Below are positions 50,710 to 64,000 of a DNA stretch of 64,000 nt, piece after piece (the stretch's first letter is position 1; each line of letters begins with the position of its first letter). The stretch is from Camelus dromedarius (taxonomy: Eukaryota). The DNA lies in NCBI RefSeq assembly GCF_036321535.1, contig NC_087437.1, positions 116,128,001 to 116,192,000 on the forward strand. Reading direction: 5' to 3'. The notes beneath the pieces were generated by a model. It searched no databases. It was not told the origin of the DNA and saw only the letters and a list, made by a program, of their open reading frames with translations. Both the position numbers and the translations under genes were made by a program.

Positions 50710-53547
50710 CTTAAAATTTTTTAAAAAATAGAATTGGTTTTAAATGTAAGATAATATAATATCCAATTTCATTTTCCCCGCCCTGGTTTAGGGACCAGTG
50801 CAGAACATGGTAACAATGACAGCCTATGATGTCACGCAATGTGGTCACGGCAACACCTGGCGACTGCAAGTTCAGAGGCATCATCGGCCTGCCACACTCT
50901 TGGGACTTTCATAACATGCCCTGCTCCTCTCATCTTAATAATGCTGTGTGGCCAGAGCTGAGGCTTAGAGAGACCAAGGAACTCACTCAAGATCCCACAA
51001 TTAGGAAGTAGCAGAGCTGGTTTCTGTACAAAGATTTTCAGAGTTCCAGGCAGCTGCCTGCAAATAGAGCAGTGCCCTTTGTCGGCGACTGCGCGGTCGC
51101 CCCTGGTACCCGCACTGTCCACTTCTCCCTCCCTTTCCCTTTAGTCTTGGATCTTCTTCTGTTTTCCTCTCCTCTGTCTCTTGGCTTCTGCCTCTTCCTC
51201 GCCAGCAGTGCCCTCCAAGCTGAAAGGCTTGCTCTCCCTTGGTGGTTGAAAATCTGAAAGTGTCCTTTGCCCCACCCAAGGCAGAAGGAAATGGCACGAA
51301 GCGAAATACCTGATTGACGGTGGAGAGAAGAGATGATTTCTGAACTGCTGTGCTCAAATCACGAACGTCTGGCCCTCGACAAAGAGGAAAGGGAACCGGG
51401 CCGAGCAGGAAGAACTGAGGTTCAGTGCTGCATTTCAGAAATAGTTTTTCCCGAGAGACGAGGTCTGAATTCTGTTTTATCAAAGCCAGTTTTTCCTGGT
51501 AGGTTATTGACAAGTAACGAGGTCACGTCTGGATCTCTGCTGAGGGCTCCCCTTCGGAGGAGCGATCCCGTAGACCTTCTGACACTGGGAAGCAGGAGTT
51601 ACAAGTTTGAGTTTTGCTTTGCTGTGACCAGACTCACATCTAGATTTACTGTCAAGGGATTTGTGAGCAGAAAAGTGGTGGGGATACAAAGGACCTGCTT
51701 CTCTCTATGGGATGCACAAAAGACAATGGAAAGACACAAAATACAGATGGAAAAGGATGCAAAAGACTTACTGTCTCACGGGTTCAAAGGTCTCAGAAAG
51801 ACAGGTAGTGTTACCTTTATTCACCTGCAAACGGTGCTGTTAGCTGGAAGCCTCACTCCATCCTGCAGGCACCCCCCTTCTCCTCACCTGTCACACGTCT
51901 CCTTAGCTAAAGGTGACCTATACCCCATCCTTGATAACTAGGGACAGAGAGCTGGGACAGTCTTCGGAGCCCGCCTGGCCCTGGCGCCTGCCCCAGGCAG
52001 GCTTGGCGGGCCGGGCTCCTTGCCCGCTAACTTTCTGGTTTCTATCCCTCCTGGGCCATCTGGTTCTCACCTGCCTGACAGCAGCAGCCTGGTTTCCATC
52101 TGATCATCCTTCCAAAAACGTGGGAAGCAGAATATGACAAATGGTGATACATGGCAAGAAAGGAGCCACAAAGGTTTCAAAGCTGATCATCAACAGATTT
52201 CCCAGCAATTATAATATTTGGCTTCTTTTAATACATTTTCATCTGTAGGCCAAAAGCGATCGATTTTATTAAAAACCAGCCTTATTTACCTGTTTTGTTT
52301 GCCAAGTCAGTTGGAGACCAGATGGTGACAATGACCTTCCATGAGCAACTCATACTTCCCAGGAATTGTATGTTCGAGGAAAAGTCAAACCTCTTATGGC
52401 TAATTAGGGAGCTTGAATTTTAAAAAAAATCACACACATACACTCAGACACACACAAATCTGCAGCACCCCACATGCTCCTATCATTAGAGAGCTGGAAT
52501 TTTGTACCCCTTGAAAATTAAAGGCCTCACAGAGGGAAATACACTTCTGTCCCCTTCCCCCCGGAGGTGAGGCAGCCACAGGGCAGCCTTCTGCGCTCTA
52601 GGGTCCTGCTGGGTGGAGCCCATTACGGCAGCACCTAGGGGACCCCAGGCATCTCAGGGAGGCCTGGGCTCTGTGACTCTCCAGTCGCCCTGGTGGGTGT
52701 GTGGATTCGCTCCTTGTCCCTCGGGTCCCGAGTGCTGAGCTTGTCCTCAGCAAAGTCACAAGAGTGAAACGATTCAGAAGGAAGTGATGATCCTGAAATG
52801 GGACCCACATCCTTACAAGAGTAGAGGTTCCCAACCTTGCAATGGAAGCACAAGGGTGAAGCCACCCTGTGGCTGAGGACGGTCCCTCTGACTCTGTCCC
52901 ACAGGTTCCAGTGGAGGGTCATGGAGACCCTTGAGCAGCGGGGTTGGGGGTTCCGGGTAAAGGTAGAAACCTCATGCCAGTAACTGTGAAAAAGGATGAA
53001 AGGGTTAAACATAAATGGAATTTGCTCTTTGCCAAGCACTACACACCTCTCTGTTTGGCACCCCCTTATTACGAAGACCCTTTGTGTTTTCCTAAATCCC
53101 CTTGTCATGCAAGGAAGATGCCACCTCACATGAACCCCATCAGATTACAGACACAAGGGGTCGCTGGCTAAGAGTCAAAATGCATGTCCAGAAATGCTCA
53201 TTCTCATTTTCTTTATTCTTGGTGGTTTTTGGTTGTGGAACACCATTTCCTTACATCTCCATTCTGTTTCTTTGGGGACTTAGAATGACAAGAGCTAGCC
53301 TCTCGCTTTCCATAGCCTGTAGCAAATGCTCAACGCACCTTAACTCATCTGGTTCTCAGAGCAAAGGCGCCATGTTGGTGCTGATGTTGTCAGCCCTGTT
53401 TTTCAGATGAGAACGTCGAGGTACAGAGAAGTCAGTTTGCCTGAGGCCACAAGCTACTACATGGAGAGTCAGGATTTGAACCAAGGCCATTCAGCTCCAG
53501 GGTCTGAGCCCTTCCATGTGTCGCTGTGCCCTCCCTGAGAGGGCAGA

Positions 53548-53758
53548 GCAGGGCTTCTCAACTGGTCATGATTTTGCATTTATCAGGGATCAATGGATCT
53601 GTCTAGAGATGTTTTTGGGTGTCACAGCTGGAGGGGTGCCATTGGCATTTAGTGGGTAGAGACCAGAGATGCTGCTAAACGCCTTACAAAACACAGGACA
53701 GCCCCATAACAAAGAATTATCTGCCCTAAAGTGTCAGTGGTGCTGAGGTGAGAACCCT
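53548..53758. mobile_element. hAT MITE (MER20-like)
   Basis: cagggcttctcaac...tggcatttagtgggtagagaccagagatgctgctaaac...cacaggacagcccc. Confidence 0.8.
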
Positions 53759-54289
53759 AATGAAGAGAAGGCACAGGACACACACATGCACATATCAGAC
53801 ATGTGTGTCCATCCAGCGTCCATTCCTATCCTCCTCTATCTATCCATCCATTGTCTATTCCTATCCATCTATCCATCCATCTCTCATCTGCCTGTCATCC
53901 GTCTTTCTGTCTATATCCTCCCTCTGCTCTGAGAAGGCAGCTGGAAGGTCTAGTGTTTTGAATGGTCCTTTAAAGTAGTCATTATTTTGAAAGCCTTCAA
54001 AAATAATTTGTTTAAAGGGCTAGAGAGCAAAGTGAGTTACAAGTTACTGTTCCTTGAAAATACAGCAGGGAGTGTGTATGTGCGTGCACGGTTGGCTCTG
54101 TTTCAGTTCCTCTGGACTTTCCCTTCGGCAGTGGAAAGTCCAGGTCTTTCCCTGCGACCTTGTACCTGGGACTGTGTCCCCACCCAGCCTTTGAGAAGAA
54201 AAGACCTGGTCAAGACAGGCCGTCTGGGCACCACCGCCATTCTAATTCCAACTGCATCCAACTTACATTCCACAGCCCATCAACTTTAA

Positions 54290-54650
54290 CACCTCTCGGA
54301 TTACATCAATGCACCTTACGTAGCGTGTGACCACACTTTACACACCACACTAACACACGCTATGTATTCCAGTGTTTACACGCTACACAGCACATGAACG
54401 TGCATTTCATGTCACATGAATACGTGCCATATGTTGCCCTGAGACACGTTACACGTCACATCGATAGCACATTGCATTGCATGACTAATACATTTTACAT
54501 GACATGAACAGCACATTGTGTGTTGCATTAATAACTCATTACACATTATACATCTCAACCACACACCGTGTATTACACTGAGACCTTTCATACTGCATGA
54601 ATAACACCGTCCATGTTACATTAATATGCGTTACATATTACACTGGTACG
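54290..54650 (+). repeat. Degenerate ACAC/ACATT-type low-complexity repeat
   Basis: Recurring acatt/acacg/acatg units. Confidence 0.7.
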
Positions 54651-57600
54651 TGCACCTTGGTGCCCGTCTGGGAGAAAGCCCATCCTTTTCAGAACCCACG
54701 ACTCTGATAGTCCCAGCACCTCCAGTCCTGGTTGTCACTGCAGCTGGTCTAGACAGATCTGGCTTCCCAGAGCTGACAGTTCCAAAAAGGCAGCTCCTCC
54801 CTGGCCAGCACAGGCCCCCTCAGCCATCTGGAAACGCATCCCCCTCCTCACCCCTGTGTGCTTTCCTGGCCCCATACATGCTCTTTGAGTTGTGCCCACT
54901 CAGTGGGACCCCATCCTTTGAATTCTTTCCCCCGCAGCTGCTCACCTGGAGCCCACACACCTGGCTTGGGAGGCAGGAGGAGAGGGGTCAGCTCCTCCCA
55001 TATGCAGGGCCTGCCAGACACCCCACGGAGCTCATCACCACCTCCCGGGTACCAGGCTCCGCACTAGGATGAGGGAGATGGTGTGATGGAGAAGACAGGG
55101 TCCTGCCCTGGTGGAGCTGGGGTCTAGCGGTAGAAGGGATAGAGGATAAAGATGCCTTTAACAAAAACACCTACTAATCACTTACAATTGCGGACAGAGA
55201 CACACTGGATCTAGCTGATGGATCTAACCATCATTTGGTTCCAATTCTCAGTGCCTGGCACTGGGTTCGGGGAACTTGCCTGTCTCCTCCCTCCCTCCTG
55301 GAGATTTCTGTCTCAAATCCTCTTTCTGCTCCAGTTGGTCCCTCCTGCAGTGTGCTCCTGTGAGTGCTGTGCATCCCTCGACAGGTCTGGGCGAATCCGG
55401 TAAGTAAGAGGTACTTAAAGCCTTTTGCACCACAGAGCCTCCTCGGTCCCATGAAAGCAATAGATGTAAGCGGGCATTTGGGAGAAGTGCTTGCTTTACG
55501 CACGTGCAGTTAGATGCCCCTCTTGGGGAGAGACCACCCCAAGCATCCAGTGAGCCCCTCTCTCGCTCAGCAGAAGGCTGCAGGTGCTGGCTTATGCAGC
55601 TCCCCACAGACAACACCCTGCAGTCCCACCAAGATCCCAAAGTTCACAGCCCAGTTTCAGCCGTGGTTATGTGCAATGCAAACGCATTAATGGTATAATG
55701 GTGTTAATGGTGTGAGGACGTTAGTACAGGCTGCCGTGCAGTAACTCTGCTGTGGTGCTGAGCAATTCAGATATGCCAGGCACGATATACACCTTATCCC
55801 TAGTCTTCGTTCACACTCTGCGAGGCTCTATCAGGTCTGCCTGGAGGCTGAGCCCACCCTCCTTTTTCTACTTCGCATGGAGTTTGGGCCATCATATCCT
55901 GCACTGCGATGCCAGCCCTGGGGTAGCCCATTCCACCTGCCCTGTGTGTGCCCACGTCTGGCTGTACCAGCGGGGCCTGCACTGGGCAGGGGAGGAAGGG
56001 TGGGGGACCCACTGCTACAACTGACACTCCCTACGCCCACCCTCCACGACACACAAATATGCCTCCCGGCTGCTGAGTTCCAGGAGATGCGAAGTGTAGG
56101 ATTCTATAATACAGCTTCCAAACTGGGGCACCTATGAGAGTAGAGAGGCATTTAATGGTTGTGCCAGGACAGCAGGTGGAAACAGCATACATCACCCTCC
56201 CTATTTGACAGTCTCCAGTCACCTCCCACCAGCAGAGGAGGCTGTGAGACCAGGAGACGTAGACAGAAGGGCCAGGCACTGAATATTTCTAAGGAAGCCC
56301 AGTCGATCTGGATTTTGTGTGGTTGGGAGGGTGGAACCTGGCACCCCTACTCCTGGTGGAACCTCCACTGTGGGAAATGTGATGGGGAAGGGGAAGAGAA
56401 TGTATTTCTCAACCCCTCACCTCCCCCCACAACCGCCCATAGTGTCCTCAGGGATAGCCACAGGGCCACTTTTCTTGTCACCAGGAAGGGAGCAGGACCA
56501 TTGGCTGGTCACCATCTGCTGGTCACTTCTCCATGATCCAGAATGTAATGGACCTGGGAGTGGAGGGGATGGTGCTGCTCCAAGCTGGCCTGTCCTTGGA
56601 CGAGTCCCTCCCCTCCCCAGGCCTCTGTCCCCCCAGGGCTAAATGGGGCTGTTAGAGTTCACTGTCTCCACGCTCTTTCTAGAAACTTCTCCAGCACCAG
56701 TGTTCCCTTCAAAACAAAACAAGAGCAATGATCTACACCCAGGAGAAGCAGGAGGAAGCAGAAACCCAGGAAAGTGGCATGCCATCCAGCGGGAAGAGTG
56801 AACGCCTCAGAGGAAACAGCCAAAATGATGCCGCTGGACCAGAGTCCAGTGAACTGAATTTCTGGCGAAGCTCAGCTTCACGAAGACTTCTGGGTTTCTC
56901 CTTGTGGATGAAAGGTCCTTCAAGGTGTGTGCGCTGCTTACAGAGCCAGGCAGAGTGGCTACCGTGGTGCCGTGTCTGCTGGTCCTGAATGAGGCACTGC
57001 CTCCAGGGTCAGCCACAGGAAGAGATCCTAATCACTGGGTGTCACAGCTACCAAAAAAGTCCTTGGGATGAGTCAGCCGACATTTAGGCAGCGGGAGCTA
57101 AAGGCCAGACATTGTTCTAAGCACCTTACAAATGTTTATTGACTTCATTCTCTCAACAGCTCTGTGCCTAGGCAGTATTATTATCTCAATTGACAGATAA
57201 GGAAACCGCAGCCCAGAAAGGTCAAGTAACAACCCCAAGGACACACAGATGATAAGCAACCACACCCAGCGTGTCTGGCTCCAAAGCCTCTGCACAACAC
57301 CCGAGGTCACAGGGCAAGGAGAGCAAGGCTTCCCCAGAGATGCCAGTGACCAGAAACACCCAGGAGCCTTGGTTTAGTTAGCACCCGCAGCCTCCCCCCA
57401 GCCCCCAAATTCCAGTATTTTCTATTTCTTTTATTTTTTTCTGGAACATACTAACACAAATGTACAAAATAGTGTTGCTTGTGCGCATACTGAGTTCAAG
57501 CTGCAGCCTCGTGTGCTGGCTGGCTTCTGTCATCACCCGGCAGGACGTTTTCTCTCCTTTCACAGAATCCTTTATTTTCTTTGGAAAGTAAAAATCATTT

Positions 57601-57738
57601 CTCCGCACCACGATTTTTCGGGATCTACCTATGTGACAGGGAATGAAGTCCTGAACACAATGATCCTCAGCTAAAGACCCGGGCTCTGGCTCCTTCCCAC
57701 CTGCCCCTAGAGGTCAGCCGACCCAGGGGTGGGGGGGG

Positions 57739-57757
57739 GCAGCGCCCCCTGGTGCTC
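57739..57757 (-). promoter_or_regulatory. CTCF motif (reverse)
   Basis: Minus strand gaGCACCAGGGGGCGCTGc. Confidence 0.6.
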
Positions 57758-58011
57758 AGCTCAGCTGCACCCAGGTTCTGCCTGGAGCTCCTGGGGAGGG
57801 CTGGGCTTCTAGATCGAGGATCTTGAGTTTTCTGCAGGGCAGGCCGGCAGACACATGATGCTGGGGATCAGGCAGCATGCCACCTCCTTGGGGAAAGGGC
57901 ATGAGGAGGGGCACCAGTGTCCACAGCTCCAGAAACCCAGCCTCCCATGTTCTGGCCTCACACACAGGCTGGCCTTGGTGGAAGTGTGCAGGCCCAAGGC
58001 TTTGGTTTAGC

Positions 58012-58219
58012 CCAAGCTTCCCACTCTGCACACTGTTAAGATTTTGGACTAGATAATTCTTTGTCTTGAGGGCTGTCCTGTGCACTGTAAGATGTTAGCA
58101 GTATCTCTGGCCTCCACTAAAAGCCAGGAGTGCTTCCCTGGTTATGATCCCCCAAAATGTCTCCAGGCAGTGCCCAATGTCCCCTTGGGAGAAAAATTAC
58201 CCCTGAGTGAGAACCACTG
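58012..58219. mobile_element. hAT MITE (MER20-like), opposite orientation to the 53548 copy
   Basis: ataattctttgtc..gggctgtcctgtgcactgtaagatgttagcag...gagaaccactg. Confidence 0.8.
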
Positions 58220-58841
58220 GTTTGGTCTCATAACAACAGAATAATGACAACAGAAAACCTTTTGGAATTTAGCTCAGCCCTCCTAGACCCCTGCATGGGG
58301 CCCAGCGTTGACCTGATTTTCCCAAATTATTCGAGATTAGCCTTGAAACGGCCTCTCAGATTGGCTCAGGGAGGGGTGAGGGGGATGGTGCCATTTGGGA
58401 AGGAACCTTCAGACATGTCTAGTCCACACAGCTTCTCTCTACCTCATTCAACAGTCTTTTTAGGAAGCTTCAAAAACAGCCTAAAATAACTTTCTATACT
58501 TTGAATGCAATGGTCGCAGTGAGGCCCTAGGGTTCCGCAAGCAAAGTTGAGGCAGATTAAAGCTCTAAATCTTCTGTACGATGAAGGGGAATGTGGACTG
58601 AACCCTCTCATTCCTCCCATATTTCCTTTCCTACTGCCTTTAAACTATTCTTAGCAGCAGACCGCCTGAAAATCTGCGACGACTGACCATCAACGCCTAG
58701 AGTTTGGGTAATTTACAGAGATTCAGAATGCATGTCTGGGAACCCCAGAGAGAGGGGGGAAGGGGCTGCCCTGCTCAGACCCTCAGCACCCTCCCTGTTG
58801 TCTTCCACATGCCGTCTAATGCCTGGTCCAGTAACAGTACC

Positions 58842-59033
58842 TGTCTTAGTCCGTTTGGGCTGCTGTAACAGGATACTGCAGACTGGATGGCTTAAAAAAC
58901 AGACATTTATTTCTCACAGTTCTGAAGGCTGCGAAGGCCAAGATTAAGGTGCCGGCAGACCTATCGTCTGTGGAAGTCCCACTTCCTGGTTTGCAGACAG
59001 CTGTCGTCTCACTGTGTCCTTGAATGGCTCAAA

Positions 59034-59071
<38 letters not shown>

Positions 59072-59222
59072 CTTATAGGGCATGAAATGAATCCCATTCA
59101 TAAGGACTCCGCTCTCATCACGTAATTACTTCCGAAAATCCCCGCCTCCAAATACCATCACATTGAGGATTTAGGCTTCAACCTGTGAATTTTGTGGGGA
59201 CGCAGACATTCAGTCTCCTTAA
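58842..59222 (-). mobile_element. MaLR solo LTR (MLT1A-like)
   Basis: tgtcttagtccgtttgggctgctgtaaca...atttatttctcacagttctg...ccaaataccatcacattg. Confidence 0.88.
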
Positions 59223-59527
59223 TAGGAGAACATTCAGGCTGGTGTTGAAGGTTGATGCTGACATGCACCAAAGCCTCACCACCCTTCGGGGATGATTACA
59301 TTGAGGTGGTCCTAGGATTAGACCCAAGGGTGAGTCGTGGGAGCCAGGCAAATCACCTCTGACCATCAGAGGGAGCAACCGTCACCTCTGCAGGGAGACT
59401 GTATGCTGCTTGATGCTAATTTTCAATAGACAAATCCATTTCAAATACAGAAAACACCCAAATGGAAAGAAGAAAATTTTTCTGACAGCTTTTCTTTAAT
59501 CTTGTCTCCAAAGGAGTACTTTTCTTC

Positions 59528-60155
59528 TGTGGCAGGTAGAATTGTAAGATGATCCATGATAACCCACATCCCTGCATAATCTCCTCTTCTGAGTTTGGGC
59601 AAAACCTATGGATATGAGAGGATATGGCTTCTGTGACTCTGTTACCACAGATGATAAACGGGATTTTTGCAGATGCATTTAAGGTCCCTGAAGAGCAGAG
59701 TTAATGAAAAAGCTATTGTCTTAAGTGAGCCTGATCTAATCAGGTGAGTTTTTAAGGTCTTGAGGTCTAAAAGAAACCTCATGCTACCGCTGGCCTGGGA
59801 GAAGCAAGCTGCCATGTTTGAACTGGCCATTGAAGGGTCCATGTAGCTAGGATCTGTGGGTGGCCTGGAGAGGCTGAGAAAAACCCAGGCCAACAGCCAG
59901 CAAGAAAATGGGGACCTCAGTCCTACGACTGCAAGGATCTTAATTCTGCCAACAACCAGTGAATTGGGAAGAAGACCCTGAGGTTCACATGAGATTCCAG
60001 CCCTGGCTAATTGATCGATTTCAACCTAATGAGACTTTGAGTAGATGACCCAGCAGCTCTGTGCCTGGACTCCTGACCCATGGCCATATGAGATAATATA
60101 CTTTTGTAGTTGTAAATCACTAAGTAATTTGGTATGCAGCAATAGAAAACCAATA
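59528..60155 (+). mobile_element. MaLR solo LTR (MLT1E/F-like)
   Basis: tgtggcagg.agaatt.taagat...cagccagcaagaaaatggggacctcagtcctac...gcagcaatagaaaac. Confidence 0.85.
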
Positions 60156-60299
60156 TGCTTTCATTTTATTTTGTTGCTAAATTACATATTATTATATATT
60201 TTAAATTTTCTGTGTCCTTGATGCCCTGGCATCTGGGGGCTTGATGACTAGAGAGGGCCTGTCCCTCTCAGGACTGGCTAATTCTTAACAGCAAACGGC

Positions 60300-60640
60300 T
60301 TGCCAGGGGCTGAGGTAGGGAGGATAAGGGTTGAGGAGTTGGAACACAGAGAATTTTCAGGGCAGTGAAACTATTCTGTATGACACCATAATGGTGGATG
60401 CATGTCATTACATATTTGCCCAAATCCATAGACCATGCAGCACCAAGAGTAAGCAGTCATGTGAAATATGAACCTTGGGTGGTTAAGATGTGCCAATGTA
60501 GTTTCAAGTATGACAAAATGCTGGTGGGGAATGTTGATAATGGGGGAGGTTATGCATGTGTGGGGACAGGAGGTATGTGGGAAATCTCTGTATTTCCCCC
60601 TCAATTTTGCTTTTAAACTTTTAAACTTCCTTAAAAAAGT
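60300..60640 (+). mobile_element. L1 3' end (L1MC-like)
   Basis: ttttcagggcagtgaaactattctgtatga...tgttgataatgggggaggttatgcatgtgtgggg. Confidence 0.85.
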
Positions 60641-63600
60641 AATAATAATAATTATTATAATAAAACAAACTGGTAAGCTCATTTGGGGTATATTTTCTTC
60701 TATATATGCATAACTTGACCTTCTCAAACTTCAGAAGAGTAAATGCTAAATGCAGATGATCAATCTTGACCCTGATTGGATTCCATCAGAAATTTTTTGG
60801 AAAATTTTTGTGTGTATTAAACAATGTTTCAAAAGGGGAACCAGCACATCTTGGCTTTTTCCCTTCTTACAGATTTTTGGCATAAGACGAAAGAGGAATA
60901 GAAGGGTGGGGAAGATTCTACTGGACAAAACCGGACCATAGGCAGAGTTGCATGTAAATTGCCTTGTCCCTGCAGGCAGCCAGTATCTTCTAATGAAAAA
61001 GTTCACAAATGTAACAAGTACGTGCTGCTTCATATGACACGTTGTCAGTGCCTTTGTGATGACTTTATCCCAGCATGGCCATCCAGAGCACCCTTAATGG
61101 CCTGATGTTATGCCCCAACCTTTAAGATCAACCTTCCATACTTCCTTAAACTCCAGGAGCTTACTAAAACTCTTTAACTTTGTTTTTATCAAAGAAAAGT
61201 GAATTCCTTCTTCTCTCACTAATGATTTAGACATTTTCCTCCCAGGAAACAAATATAATTTAAGCAAGTGATCTAGCACCACACTTTTTTCCCACTTGTA
61301 AAAGTTATTACAAACAAAGTCAAGGTAGATATTTGTAAATGCACTTTTTACTGCGAATTTGCTGTTCCTTTACGAGTCCTAGGCATTGATTAATGGCTCC
61401 AACCACACTGATGTTTTTTAGTTTCATCTACACATGGTATTATCTCTAAGAGGTAGATTTTAAAGGCTGATCAAGTGTCTGGATATACGGGAAGTGAAAA
61501 GTGTTTTAAAGTTTTGGGAATAATAGTGTCACAGAACCAAGCATCTGATGGCAGCTGCTGTAGATACAGGCATAGGAATGCACCCTGGATGCTCACACAG
61601 CCATACCGCTGTGTCTTGCCCCTTTCTGTACATACTTCATACACGTAGTGTGTCTGTGTACGTGTGACTCTCGAATCAATTTCATGGGCAGTGGTTTTGT
61701 ACGATGGCAGAAGCCACGCGGTGGAATTAGACATGTCTGTGGTTGAGACCAACACTCCAGCATGCAAACATCCCTCCTTGCTGTGTTCTTGGTGTCCTTT
61801 CTCCGCAGCCACGCAAATGGTTGGGCATGTCTGTGTGAGTACGTTAACCACCTATATTCACTGTTGCCTATTAAATAGAGTCTCCTCATGTGAGCACTGA
61901 TGCCTCTGGCTCCTCAAAGGGAGACGCGAATAGAGTGATGCTGTTCATTGAGCACTTACTATGTTCCAGGCTCCATGCTGGTCATCTGAAGGGAAGGAAA
62001 TAGAGCTTTGAGGGTTAGGAGACTCAGCTAGGAGCAAGCTAGAAGGGACAGTGTGTGCACATGTGTGTGTGGTATGTGGCAGGTGGTGTGACCCAGCAGG
62101 AAAACCTTCATCCTCAGAGAGGACGGGGACCACATAGTACTTCCCATCTGCCTGCTTTCTGCCCAGTGCAGCCCTCTTCCCGTACCACTCACCTCTGACC
62201 TCTTATCTGAGTTTTGGGGGAAGCGGAAGGCCGTCAGTTCATCAACAATAGCCTGAAACTAAGCTCTCTGTAGCTAGAAACTCTCCCACAGTTTGAGTTT
62301 TCTCCCAGGAGACTCTTTGATCTCTCTTGTAGGTTGCCTTTTGGTCCACCCAGCACTTCATATGTGAACATGTCTGCATTCCCCCCAGCTCATTCCCAAA
62401 CTGAGGGTCTCCCAGCTACTCACATAGATACAAGAAGAGTCGCACACAGAGGACAGTGACGTGCTAGGTGAGCAGTAACGCAAAAAGTCCATTGTCTGAT
62501 GAGGGAGTTGGACAACTCAAGGGACAACTGACATGCGGTATAATAAGGACCAGCCTAGAGGGGTCACTGAGGCTGTGGGGAGACATGGGAAGGACACTTA
62601 AGTTGGCTGAGGCCCCAAGAAAGGCTTCTGAAAGCAGGAAACCCTGAGTTGAGACAGTCAGGTGTGTAAGCGTTATGTGCGTGAAGACAAGAAGCAAAGA
62701 TAATCTAGGTGTAGGGAAAATGATGAAGGAAGCTCAGACGCAGGACACTGATGGGCAAATGCAGGGGTCCACCCAGTTTAATATGAGAGGAGCATACGAC
62801 GAAAAGCAATAGGAGGTGGAGTTGTAGCATCCTTGGCACCCAGGTCTTAAAGGACCCCGGAAGACGTAGTGAGAAGCCTGGGTTTTGGATGGAAACAAAA
62901 AGGAGTTCCTGATAGACTTGCTAGGTTTTCTTTCTCTCAGATTGATAGCTCCATTTGTGATCTCCAATGATAGAGGTGGAGAACCGTGTCCTCTGAGAGC
63001 AGAAGTTACCAGGATTGCACTGCACATGTGTTCTTGGAAGGTTACTCTGGTCGCAGTGAATCAAGAGGTTAGAAATTGGAGAGGGGTGGACCTGGGGATG
63101 AGCCTTCCAGCTGCAATGCTGTTCCGACAATCTAAGTGAACAATGATTTGTTCCTAGTCTAAGTGGGGTGAGCAGGGATGGGGAGAAGGACAGAGAGGAG
63201 AGTGGCGGAGAGCAGAGCAGCAGACAGCAGAGATGGATGACGGCTTGAGTGGAGGGGCAGAAGAGATCTTACCCAGAATGAATGGTCAACCCTGGCAAGA
63301 CTGACTGGGGCTGCCCTTCCAGGGAGAAGGACAGGGGAAGGGTCAAAACTACCTGCTTCGGGGCTATTTACCTTTAGGAGAGTGGCTTAGGGAGTGTGCC
63401 TTAGGGAGTTCAGACTCTGATGAGCCAAGACTGGAATCCTGCCGATTGTAAACAGCTCATAATGGGGATGCTTCAAGGAGAAGTCTTCTTGGGCTTAGAC
63501 AGTGAATGCAGGTGTGTCATTCAGCTCATGGCAACGTCTCAAACCCTTGTGTCATGCCAGGGTCATGCTCTATAAACTGAGGGCATCGGTGTACCCAGGA

Positions 63601-63714
63601 CTTGATATATTTCATCTCATTTCACCATCCCCCAAACTGAGCAGATGTGGTTATCTCATTTGATAGATAAGGAAACAAGCTTCAAGACAAGCAAAGCCAT
63701 TACTTACATAGCTG

Positions 63715-64000
63715 GTTATCTCAGTTGGGCTGCTGTCACAAATTACCGCAGGCTGAGTGGCTGAAACAGCAAACATTGATTTCTCATCGTTCTTGGGGCT
63801 GAAAGTCCGAGGGGAGGGTGCCAGCGTGGCTGGGTTCTTGGTGAGGACCCTCTTCCTGATTTACAGGTGGCGGTCTTCCTGTTGTGTCCTCACGCGGCAG
63901 AGAGGAAGCAAGCTCTCTCTCGTTTCTTCTTTGAAATGAATTAACTCCATCGTGAGGGTTCCACCCTCATGCTCTAATTATCTCCCAAAGGCTCCATCCC
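63715..64000 (-). mobile_element. MaLR LTR (MLT1A-like), cut off by the window end
   Basis: gggctgctgtcacaaattacc.caggctg.gtggct...tgagggttccaccctcatg..ctaattatctccca. Confidence 0.8.

Noticed and set aside
55335..55406. Isolated plus-strand exon-like segment (ctccag|...CCG|gtaagt)
   Set aside because: Single splice-site pairs are common by chance; no phase-consistent neighbouring exons found
12590..63710. Numerous short MIR/L2/MER5-type fragments
   Set aside because: Probably real but too diverged to bound reliably by eye; ordinary background, so not listed individually

Overview
Mammalian genomic DNA, very probably camelid: it carries two Vic-1-type tRNA-derived SINEs plus a SINE tail, and cetartiodactyl-type L1 3' ends. 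It is dominated by interspersed repeats (L1, L2, MIR, MaLR/ERVL/ERV1 solo LTRs, hAT/Tigger MITEs). No intact protein-coding gene is recognisable and most ORF-track entries look spurious. The main non-repeat signal is a minus-strand, multi-exon, apparently decayed gene at ~2.1-4.8 kb. It has five splice-bounded exons joined in phase 0 (internal exons 90, 144 and 249 nt, one GC-AG donor) and a reading frame broken by a few stops; I cannot name it. A small CpG-rich promoter at ~19.2-19.4 kb (2x NRF1, palindromic E-box, E2F site) has a germline-gene-like layout and a minus-strand splice donor, so it may be that gene's 5' end. The region 20-64 kb looks intergenic or intronic, with two strong convergent CTCF motifs and some candidate enhancer-like stretches. 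Repeat family names are recalled from consensus sequences, and boundaries without TSD support are approximate.
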